NCBI RefSeq assembly: GCF_023055435.1
Contig: NW_025963868.1
Coordinates: forward strand, 10,602,001-10,666,000
DNA from: Haliotis rufescens
Lineage: Eukaryota
Length of the DNA stretch: 64,000 nt
Direction: 5' to 3'
The notes under the pieces were generated by a model, which saw nothing but the letters and a program-made list of their open reading frames with translations, was not told the DNA's origin and searched no databases. Made by a program: the position numbers and the translations under genes. Within the stretch, counting starts at the first letter, position 1, and every line of letters begins with the position of its first letter. Positions 52,401 to 62,474 of this stretch are shown piece after piece.

Positions 52401-55400
52401 ATGAGGAACACGCGGGGTCTGAGTGGGAGTGCCAGAAGATACAGAGAGGTACTACGCTGTTTGTCATGGTTCTTGTACAATACATCAAAGTACTCCGTGC
52501 TGATTGGCGGATATATGTAGTCTATGAATTTCGCGCGGTCTTCAGTTATTGTCAGGTCACAGGCGGCAAGGTCCACTTCCTACAGAGGTACAAATAGTAT
52601 TATTGTTCTTTGTTTGTTTGTAGTCCAGCTATATTATTTTTTTTCTGTAAATAATCGAGTCTGGACAAGACAGTCCAGTACTTGACATCATGAGCATCGA
52701 TCCACGCAATTGGGATACTATGACATGCATCAACCAGGTCAGTGAGCCTGACCACCCATTCCCGTTAGTCGCCTCTTACAACAAGCATAACAAATATTAA
52801 AATTACACGATTACATTTGTATCAACATGTCAAAAGTGATGCTGCCTGAGCATTAACAATGCACCGTCCCTTTTGAGATATGCCTACAGATTGTGTTAAG
52901 CAAAATAGCAGAGAGTGAGTGGGTGTTTTGTAACGCCACATTCCACCTTTATCTTGATGGTTTCTTAATAATCGAATTTTACCAAGTAAACCAGTGAGTA
53001 ACACACCTAACTCCATCAGAGCACAATGACAGGTGATCACGTGTCTTACCATCCAAGTCACGATACATGTTTTGCCTTTTTCAAATAACGACGAGGAGAC
53101 TTGGCCTATTCAAATCTGGTTCTGACTTATTTACGAAATAGCAAGCCCTAAAAGAGGCATATTAAATATTTATTAAATTTACCGTTCTGTTCAGCTGCCC
53201 CACAATTCCATTATAGGTTTCGTTGACAGGAAGTCCCCACGACTTGTCCTGTGGTTCAGTGATGCTGTAACTGGAAGAAGATGAAATGTTTTAAACGGGT
53301 ACGACAATATATGGGCACTACCAAAATACAATCATCCCTTCGATGCAGTGAAGGAACTACACACAAAAACTATTGACAGAGTGTAAGGTAAGTGAAGGTT
53401 ACTCACCTAAAGTTTAGAACGTTGGCGATTGTATCCAAGATATCTATTGCATACCCCTTATAATGTGTTGTTCCATTGTTGATAGACTTCATAATGTAGA
53501 ACGTCGACTGTAGCAGAGTTACAGCAGTGCAGTCAAAAGTGGGTACATATTGTATAAGGTAAACGTGTATTCTTGTAAACAAGATTTTATGTATTAACAT
53601 TCAAACGAATCACAACGTTAACCATTTTTCCATTCAAATAACCAGTTTTAAAACCATTATTATGATCCACAATCATCAAATTGTAATGAATGTCAAAAGA
53701 CGTGACAATCGTTTGTCTCTACGTGACTGTAAACATGAATGCAAAGTTAAGTACAGGATTTGGTCATTAATGAAAGTGTCAGATTGTCTAGAAAAATAGG
53801 ATTTAGCCATATTGTTACCTCGTCAAGAACGGCCACCAATAGATGTCGGTTGTTGTAACTGTAGGCAACATTAGGAAAATAGCAAGACATGGTGGTTCTT
53901 GAAGTACAATCAGCCACTGGTATCAACTCGGTTCTAGTAGATTGATGTCTTAAGGTGAAAACGTTGTGTATCCAACACTAGGAATAGATATTGTGTAAAA
54001 CACATGGTAAGTAATAGCATAGTGAAAGTATACAGAGAACCGCTTTGTCAGTACACTCTTCAAAAAAAAAGAAACGCACAGGTAGATTTTTAGTAAATGT
54101 ATTGCACTTTAATATCATAGGTACAAAAATAGAAAAAAGTTTTGGAGCTCAATAGTCACACGTTGTCGTTGTACAAAGGCATTGAAAACTGTTCATTGTC
54201 ATGTCACATAAGGCCACAAGGTTGTGATGAACTCAGTAACTAGTGTGACCGACCCAGGCAGCAGTCACGGCTGTGCATCACCTCGGCACTGACTGGATAA
54301 GAGTTTGATTTCTTTTCAACGGAATTCTGCGCCATTCTGCTTGTAACGCGTTGTGGGAGTGTCTGCGACCTGTTCTGACGTTGACGTACACGCCGATCGA
54401 GTTCATCACAGAGGTGTTCGATCTGGAGATCTCAACGACCAGGTCAAGACGTTGATGTTAGCATCATGCAGGTAGACCACCATGACACAAGCTGTGTGCG
54501 GTGGAGTGTTGAGTAGTATGGTCAATGGTGATTCCAGCTCACTTCCACTGGTGCCAGATTTACCCCCCTGTACTGATACTACCGAGGTAATTTTTTATGC
54601 AAAAACCACGATGCGATTCAATGATCATCATGAGACTAAACTAAATGGTAATGAAAATAGTCTCTGTTATTTTTACTCATACACATACCATTATTTTGAA
54701 CAAAGAGATATTCAACATTTTTACTCAGGAGACCAACTGTATACTCTTCTTCGAAATTGGAAAGAAACAAATAATTACCATATCTGGTTGGTTTGACATC
54801 ACTAATTAAATGTATACCTTGTGGTAATTCACGCCATTTGATAGCTTTTGTCATTATTTTAGACTTATGTAGACGTCTAAATGAATGTGCAATCCAACGA
54901 TGTATCCAGGAAACAATCTTTTCTTAACGTCCAAACAGTTCTTTGGTTTTGGCATGGAATAATTGACGCGCTTGTTTCCCCTCTTCTTTGATTTTGTTTC
55001 TCCTCTTCACTAATGCTGCTGGTCTTACGAGAATTTGATCGAATATCGTGCTTCATAGCGTTGTATTTGGTGAGTCCTGACAGCACTTAAAAAAACTCCT
55101 CCTCGAATATCTTGCAATGAGCCACTGCTGTTAAAATATGATCCTCAATACTATTTAACTTTGATTCAGCGAGTACATGAATACTTTCTTTTGCAACTTA
55201 CGAGAAATACATTTCAGAGCTATTCCTGCCAGTCCAGATACTCCGGCTGCTACTTCCATGCCCTGTACGATAGGTGCGGCAATTATAGTTGGTAATAAAC
55301 CAACACCGGCTACACCAAGTCCCATGCTAGCCATTACAAGTGCAGTGTCAACTTCATCGAGAGCATTCACAGCTCTGGGATACTTTTTATATTATCCAAG

Positions 55401-58400
55401 TCTAGAATCACACTCCTTCTCTATGTGTTGTTTTATGTCCCTTATTTGGTGTAATCGAAATCCATCAACAGTATCCATCTTCTCAGACGCTTAATCGAGC
55501 TCCGGGTATAAACCCATAATGTATATTATTATATTATATGAGTGTTTAATTGGTCTTTTAGAGTGTTTAATTGGCCTTTTAGATGTATATTATGTGGCAT
55601 TATTATCTTTGGAAGCCAAATAATGCGCCCCCCCCCCCCCCCCCCCATTAACTTGGACCCCCTCAAGGTTTGTTGCGAGCCCTATTCCTGACTGAAAAAA
55701 TCTACAACGTTGACGTTCGTGTTTCTTAAGCCATTTAATTGATAGACCCGGTAGTTTCTGGAAGGTATGTTCTGGAGCTTCCCCCAACAAGAATTCCATA
55801 ATAATTGTAGCACCTTCGGGTATATCCTTCAAGTTATTTAATGTATCATTGAATTCCGTAACCAAATTTAAGCTAACATCTTTTAATGACGGACGACTCA
55901 ATAACATATAGCCTTTGTCATCTGGCAGGGGAGCGACTAACACACTCTTTCATATTGAGGGGATATAAGCCCCGAGTACGATCCCACTATTGATTATCTT
56001 TGTTAAATTATGACCCCTACCCGTCCTCACATATGTTGGGTAATGGCGATATTCAGGAGCCATTCAATATTTGTTTCGAGCATAGCCCATTTATTTTTAT
56101 AATCGCGAAAAAGATTGTAAAAAGTGTTTTTATGCAGTCTACTTACATAGACATTATTTAAATCTCGTAAATTAGGTGCTGGTCCTGTATATATAACTTC
56201 TTTCCACTTATATACATTATCTTGTAAGTGTAAAGCATATAACTTGCCCTCGATACCTGGTTTATCAAATCCTTCTGTGTCTCTAAGATTGGAAAGCACA
56301 ATTGTATTACATGCCTTGGGTTATGCATTCCAGGGCCTGAAAAATCAATCATTATTTATAATATGAAATGTCACACTCAAATATCCTATATGTTTTACAT
56401 CTAATACAGAAATATTGAGATCTGTAATACTACCCCACTTTAACTTCTCATACTGCAATAATGAGAATGATTCTGTTCTACCACTAATGTATTTTTCCAT
56501 CTTTGACTGGAATAGCTCTCAGCAGAGTTGAAGGACTTTCGAGTTGAATATTATCCGTTGTACTGATCTGTTCAAGATGGATGCACAACTCTTTATAGGG
56601 AACTATATCGGGTAATTTAGGCCCAACCACGTATGTGACGATTGGCACTTCTTCAACTAGAAACCCAAGTGTATTTGCTTAGCCTCTGCCAAGCGCAAAA
56701 GAATGTGTCCCACTGAATAAAATCAGCAACCCATTCGACTCATTTTGTTTGAGACTACTTTGAAAAGGCTTAAAAAATCTATTATTGAGCATGCATACGC
56801 TGCAATACCCATCAGATATAGTGTTAAGGGTATTATCTTTATAAAACTTATAATTACCTCTTGCCGCACTTATATTTGCCCATCGTGGGTAATACGTTAT
56901 ATTGCAGAGAGAAACATGAAGTTGGCTAGCCGAGTTGTAGATAGTGTGAAGCAGACTGAATAGACTGACCATTTTGATATTATCGGAGTGTAACATACAA
57001 AACAAAAGAGTCATCCGAAGATGACGTATCCCCCCAACGTGGCATGTTGGTAAACTGTGTGTAAATGTATTTAGAATGGCAAGGAAATCTTTTTCCTTGA
57101 TGCCAAAACCAGAAATATAATGAAGGTTATTAAATATTGGTTCATGTAGCTCACTTTCTGATGATCTCATGACATTGTAATAACTTCGCAGATTCGCATA
57201 TGAATAGCTCTGTAGTAGCCTCATGACACAAAGGCATAAAGAGAATGTACTATGTTATGTAACTCATATCATATATAGTATATGATATCGGTAAATAGTA
57301 CACCTTAGAATTATATGTCAGGGGCTACAAATTAAAAAGATTAAAATCTATAAATAAGAAACTGCACTTCAAGTTAACATGATTGATATGTGCATAATGT
57401 TTGGTGACTCTCTGTCGCATGGTTTAGAAGATATTCTCCAGTCGAGGACATTACCCTAAGTTCATCAATTTTCAATTGAAATTGAAAAAAAAAAATGAAA
57501 AAAAATCTGTTAATAGCAAAGCCCTAAAACATAACCTGCTTGATAGGTGTAAACAGTTTTGAGAAGCTAAATTGTATGGTTAGGGAGATATAGTCCGGAT
57601 AAGAGCACTACCCTCAAATTTCCTAAGTTCATCATATCTCCATGGAAACGACAAAAATATAAAATTCTTATAATCTCTTAATAGCAAAAGGCACTTCTAC
57701 TGAGCCTGATTGATAAGTGTACCAAGTTTTGTGAAGCTAGGTTGTACGGTTTAGTAAATATGGTCCGGACAAACAATGATTACAGACAGACGGACAGACG
57801 GACATACTGATGGCTATTTCCCCCGTCATTATATGTCGGGGGGATAATAAAAATACAAAGATATTACATTAAAACTTTAATATGGGAGGTGTTAATACCG
57901 AGAGTAGTATCGAAGCAACTTACATTACGAACCAGTCGATTTTAGTAAGAGTCTCTGGTTCCAGTTTTTTGTTCATTTACCCAATATCTTTGGAAAATAC
58001 AGGTTCGCGGCAACTGGCACCAAAATTGTGCATGATTGGTTCCACAAACCAACTAAATAAGTCTGTTTTATCATTTCATTTGTAGTCTCAGATTAGACAT
58101 ATACTTAAAGAAATTAGTAACCCATTACCACAGGATCAAGCATGGAATGGATCAAATAATCTGTACAATTGGTGGGCATATGAACGTATTTGTAAGGACA
58201 TTTATGTTTCTACGAGTAAAGATTGGCGTCTGTATGGAGTTAACCATGGTCTAGGTATATCGTACGCTTGTGCAAACTCTGTTAAAGAAGTCAGCGTTAT
58301 TGAAAAGAGGTCAGCTTCTTCCAAGCTTTGCTCTCTCGAGTAACGAGTGCAGAGACGATCGTATGAACTTTAAGGGTGGTGTTGCTTTCACCGTCCAAAA

Positions 58401-61400
58401 AGTTGAGCAAACACAAGATGTCGAAAATGCTTGAAATCAATTTCTTTATGATAAAACAGACATTAATTTTACTAACCCAGGAGTTGTAAGAGTTAATGAA
58501 TCAATAAGATCTTATGTTTCACCATTACCTATACTACTTGTTGAAACAGCTCCCTCTGGCGGCAAACCATTAGAAGAAGGGGAGGTTGATGAATTTGATT
58601 CATGTAGTGATTTGCTGTCAAATTTCCCTGAACCACAACCAAGTCAGATCTCGTGGTGTAGGATATGGCCCCCTAACACCATGATGCTACCGCCACTGAA
58701 ACTGTCGAATTCATGTACACAATGTGGGGCAAAACGCTCATTTCAACGACGCTGGTGAAGAAGAAATCGTGATTCATTGCTAAACCACACTCGTCATATT
58801 TCACGTCAGTTTCTCAAATTCAAAGGCGGAAAGGTGTGGCAGTAACGCTAGCGTTGCTGTCGATGGATGTGTCGCAATACAGGCACGATAACTGGTCATC
58901 TGGGTCGGATTCCAGCTTCGCGAAGCTGGTTCCTGCTCTGGTCTGTTATCCTCCGCGTACAAGGGATGCGTCCTGCAATCTCTGTAGCTGTGGAATTGCG
59001 ATGGCTAGGTGGAACAGTCAACTGTAGAGATCCTGTGCAGCGGTCATCCGGTTCTTGGACGGCCAGCAGTGGAATTGAACTGTGTGTATCAGTCTCAAAG
59101 GGTACAAATGGTACTGTGGTGGACGTTGAAGTTATGTGCAACAGAAGACTGCGCTCCCCTCTTTAGATACGTCCTTTGACCATGTTCTGTTCGGCAGCGC
59201 TGAGTCGAATAATTTCGAACTTGGAATATGTTGACAATTTAATGACAAATTATTGGCTTACGCTTGCCTTTTTATAGCCACTACCACGAGTTACGAATGC
59301 CATAACTTGCAAGTGCATTTTACTTTATTGTTCTCCTCCAAGCCATTTTTGAACAAGTGTGAAAACAATGTCTTTTAAGACATTGCAAATCGACAATGGC
59401 TGTGTTTTGACGCATATCGAATATCAGGCAACCAACATTTTCCAATAACATATATCCAACTTATATACCGGATTTTTTTATTTGTCAGGTTCAATGAACC
59501 ACATACTACCTGTGCGTTTTCTGTTTTTTGAAGAGTGTAACTAAGTATAACGTTTATAAATAATAAATGGAACTGTTATACTGTGTGGTGGGACAGGTTG
59601 CTGAAAAGTAGTACACCCATAACAGCTTGCGTTTTTAAGTGTATTAAGTACAATACTTTCAATGCCTTCAAGTTGCATACCAAGCCATCATCAAGTATCC
59701 AGACTGAAGGGCTAACTCCCATTTGGTGTCAACTTTGGGGCAATATCCTCCTTCATTTGCCACTGTTAAGAGGTGAGCAGCTTAGCTCCAGGGACAAGAG
59801 AGCCTAGAAGATGAATCAAGACCAGAAAGATCTTCACCCGCCACCACTAAGGTGTGAGTGAGTGAGTGAGTTCGGTTTAACGCCGCTTTTAACAGTATTC
59901 CAGTCATATCACGGCGTGTCAGCTTAATGTGGGAGGAAAGCCCGAAGTGATCCAGGTCTCAGACGTTTACAAATTCGGTGAAACCCACGAGCACGGGTAT
60001 GGTGCTGACAAACCTATAAACATAATCGTGGCGAACCGGGATTCGAACAACAATCATAGGTTTCTGGCGTGCCTAAGGGACGCAACTCTGCACAGCAAAT
60101 CGCGGCGCCTTAGATGACTGGACCACGCGTGCCCCCCACCACTAAGGAAAATGTTGATAAAATACATGAAAATATTACAGATGATCGACGACTCATCACG
60201 CGTCACCAAGCAAATACAGTAGGCCTCTCTCGTGAGAAAGTAGAGAACATTCTGAGCAGTTAACCTGAAATCACCAAGGTTTCAAAACGCTAGGTTCCAA
60301 GCCTTCCGACTCATGATCAGAAATGCTCCAAGCGACCCAGGTGATTTTGCTCAGTGATTTGTAAGCATTGGTAAGTCTTGGGTTCACCACTTCCACCCAG
60401 AAACAAAACAACAGTCAAAGCAGTGGCAACATTTTGTGTCTCCTTCAACGAAGAAGGCAAAGTCTGTTTCATCATCTGGCAAGGCGATGGCGTCTTCTTC
60501 TTGGATCCTATGGGAATCCAACTGGGGGAATACCTTGCGAAATGTGAGATCATTAATGGCCAATCTAATCCCTTGAAACAACTGCTAAAGAAGACTAAAA
60601 CTAAAGAATATTAAGGCTAAATGTCGTGGAAAACTCACTAAAGCTGTGTTATTTGTCAGGGCAATGCAACTGCCATGCTTGCTTCATCCACCAGATTTGG
60701 CACCGTCAGATGTCCACCTCTTATCACGTTTGAGCCCCGAACATCATCCCCCGCATCCCCTAACAACCTCCATTACAATATGCTGAATATATAACTTGGA
60801 CAAGGATCGGTAATTGTCATTACGTTTAAAAATGTTAGGAGTCCAAAGTGTAGGATGACGCATTACTATTGCAATAATGTCACAATAGTAAACGGAACCA
60901 GCTTATACTTTTGCAAAAGTCAAGGTTCCTCGAAAGTTACAATAGACAAGTAAATTGGGCATACAACCAAGCTACAATATTCCCAAATGTAATCATTATT
61001 GTTCATCGAGGTACACACCTTATGGTGACGAAGCACAACCACATTTTCCAAGGACATGAAGTGTAGTTCAATGCGATTCGTTTCTTCGGGAAGAAGTAGC
61101 CACTTTGAATGATGTCGGAAATCAGTCATTCCCCTTGTCATAATATCAAAGGAATCCACCTAAAAGACAGAGACATTTCTATTTGTAAGTTTACACGAAT
61201 GGGGTTCATACGTAGTCTTGATCAACAGAATGCAATGTGTTACATGAGTCTGTCTTGAAGAGAAAGGGTAAATACTTACAGTCTTCAATAACTCGGTCAT
61301 ATGTCTTTGACTCATAGAAGCAACCACGTGAATTTCTGGGAAGAGAGCTTCGTGGATTGTCTGTAAGGTATTATTTGCGTCCACGACACTGAGGTCATAC

Positions 61401-62185
61401 ACAAGAAACTGGGGACTGTTTGTCCATGACTCGGCATGAGCAGGTACTAAACAGTCATTCTCTGCAAATAACCAAAGCATACACTGTATATCTCTACAGT
61501 ATATCTGCTCACATTCCATGGTGTTGCAACTGTAATAACTGTATTATGGTTCTTACTCCTCAATACTTCAAGATATCTTTATTATCTTAAACTTAGTGGT
61601 CTAAGATGAAAATGAAAACCCTTTGAGATTTCAGTGTTATGCAGGCTTCGTGCAGCGTGTATATGTATTTGTAAATAGACAGAAGATTATTCTTAACATT
61701 CATCAATCAAAGGCTGTACATGTAGTGTGTTCAGATAAGACTCGATGTGGAATACCACATCATCACAACATGAGTCCATTACCGGTTTTCCCATGTAGTA
61801 AGATAGTAGTAGTGCTGAATAGGCCATTCACTGTAATCGAAAAGCGTGAATATCGCCCAAACACTAGCACTTTTGATATTTAATAGAGGAACCTTTCTAG
61901 AGAGAGTATATATAATTTCAATTCTTTTCAGTTTCAAAACAATGTGTATACATATATTTAATACATATATATTTCGAACTGTAATGTTAGACTAGACACG
62001 TATCACATCACATGAAGAAACAAACTGAAAAGCTTATGGTAAAAGGACAGATCATTACCATTGCTCCCATGTAGTAAAATAGCAACTCTTCTCCACTGAA
62101 GTCTTTGCATTAAATGATGAAAGGGTTCACCGTTCTCTGAAGCGATGACTGTGGTTAAACCTGAGAAAACGAGTGAATTCAGCAT
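43469..62185 (-). CDS. Ionotropic receptor (iGluR/IR superfamily), 10 coding exons: 62185-62059, 61461-61280, 61159-61019, 53977-53819, 53507-53407, 53270-53183, 52579-52225, 45247-45033, 44241-43982, 43679-43469; ~612 aa
   Basis: All introns are GT-AG with consistent phases and one open frame. S1: YKGYAIDILDTIA, YNGIVGQL, EVDLAACDLTITEDR. Pore: WDVTGSLFRQG. M3: WWMLMMVVTTLYCANLVAAL. S2: KYAILEY...DDCQL...LAFGLPKGSPLK...AAGLLERLWEKW. M4: IGGGFIIACAGTALSIIVL. The three 5' exons are less certain, and an acceptor at 62161-62162 could mean a further upstream exon. Confidence 0.85.
44515..44751 (-). mobile_element. SINE-like family B
   Basis: Reverse complement of family B. Confidence 0.85.
45533..45817 (-). 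mobile_element. SINE family A, full-length
   Basis: A-box TGGCCCAGTCG, B-box GGTTCGAATCC, (CACT)n tail; near-TSD gaaaaatttaag/gaaaattttaag. Confidence 0.9.
47700..50850 (-). mobile_element. Degenerate CR1/L2-group LINE (ORF1 + 5' part of ORF2) in a receptor intron
   Basis: Coiled-coil ORF1 ending DCFWPENVNWREW; endonuclease end SDHCPI; RT motifs PSSYRGIT, HPFQ, FLDNEKAF, VKQGVGQG. Confidence 0.75.
49021..49280 (+). mobile_element. SINE-like family B inserted in a LINE relic
   Basis: Family B sequence. Confidence 0.85.
51556..51824 (+). mobile_element. SINE-like family B
   Basis: Family B sequence. Further degraded copies at ~1250-1435(-), ~2410-2520(+), ~16315-16548(-), ~41700-41789(+), ~52620-52788(-). 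Confidence 0.85.
54636..54854 (-). CDS. Small hypothetical protein of the Polinton-like insert (72 aa)
   Basis: ATG-to-stop ORF MTKAIKWRELPQG...TRYG...YFHYHLV, co-oriented and adjacent to the other cargo genes. Confidence 0.4.
   Translation of the reverse strand: MTKAIKWRELPQGIHLISDVKPTRYGNYLFLSNFEEEYTVGLLSKNVEYLFVQNNGMCMSKNNRDYFHYHLV
54877..55517 (-). pseudogene. Polinton/adintovirus-type small two-helix membrane protein, decayed
   Basis: MGLYPELD*...GFRLHQIRDIKQHIEKECDSRLG*YKKYPRAVNALDEVDTALVMASMGLGVAGVGLLPTIIAAPIVQGMEVAAGVSGLAGIALKCISRKLQKK / VLAESKLNSIEDHILTAVAHCKIFEEEFF*VLSGLTKYNAMKHDIR. Confidence 0.6.
55590..56352 (-). pseudogene. Uncharacterised viral-type ORF, frameshifted; its ATG overlaps the end of the penton-like gene
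   Basis: ORF pieces 56352-56158, 56299-56027 and 55943-55590 chain together; ATGATTGA start/stop overlap. Confidence 0.4.
56346..56996 (-). pseudogene. Polinton minor-capsid (penton)-like gene, 1 stop plus frameshifts
   Basis: LHTIYNSASQLHVSLCNITYYPRWANIS...ISDGYCSVCMLN...LGRG*ANTLGF...PYKELCIHLEQISTTDNIQLESPSTLLRAIPV / TESFSLLQYEKLKWGSITDLNISVLD...LSVTFHII*. The motif order matches the single jelly-roll mCP pattern as recalled. Confidence 0.65.
57320..57852 (-). mobile_element. HINE-like MITE nested in the Polinton-like insert
   Basis: Two ~165-bp internal repeats, an (ACAG/ACGG)n microsatellite, the CCCCCG...CGGGGG palindrome, then ATAATAAAAA. Confidence 0.55.
57880..58520 (+). pseudogene. 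Polinton-associated conserved hypothetical gene, truncated by the right terminus
   Basis: FHL*SQIRHILKEISNPLPQDQAWNGSNNLYNWWAYERICKDIYVSTSKDWRLYGVNHGLG...NFTNPGVVRVNESIRSYV. Confidence 0.5.
59853..60135 (-). mobile_element. SINE family A, full-length with 12-bp TSD
   Basis: CCACCACTAAGG at 59841-59852 and 60136-60147. Confidence 0.9.
60150..60725 (+). mobile_element. mariner transposase relic
   Basis: DDRRL, KVSKR*VPSL, WVHHFHPETKQQSKQW, SAGK-like and SPDLAPSD remnants. Confidence 0.7.
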
Positions 62186-62474
62186 TTAATGGATGTATGC
62201 TAATATTCGCAAAATGACGAAATTGCCATCAACAAAAACGAAACCGATGCTCATAAGCGTCAGTGTCAGTCAACAGCAATCTATGGGTTTACCGTATCAG
62301 CCTATTGATCAATTATGACTCATACTTGTAATCACCGCAGGTTCCATTTTGAGATCTAGTACTTGGTGTACATGTATTACGACGTCACTGAGACAGAATT
62401 ACTGAGGAAGTTCTTACCAGGCCTTTCTCATCTAATGACAAAAGTACGATACAGCTGGTTGTTGTATAGCCCAA

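Larger units (their letters stand above)
54512..58538. mobile_element. Non-autonomous Polinton/Maverick(adintovirus)-like element, 4027 bp
   Basis: Termini AGTAGTATGGTCAATGGTGA / TCACCATTACCTATACTACT (~20-bp imperfect TIR). TGTTG at 54507-54511 and 58539-58543. Packed intronless decayed ORFs resembling Polinton structural/accessory genes. Confidence 0.75.
54051..59539 (-). mobile_element. Complete Tc1 element, split by a 4-kb insertion
   Basis: TIRs tacactcttcaaaaaaaaagaaacgcacaggtag (54051) / ctacctgtgcgttttctgttttttgaagagtgta (59539). The transposase reads ...VVQGNLTANHY...LFQ up to ~58540 and resumes NTPPHTA...NVLTWSLRSPD...GHTSY from ~54510. Confidence 0.9.

Noticed and set aside
56158-56352. 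Parvovirus-type phospholipase A2 (GPG motif in MIDFSGPG)
   Set aside because: No downstream HDxxY catalytic motif visible in the translated frames.
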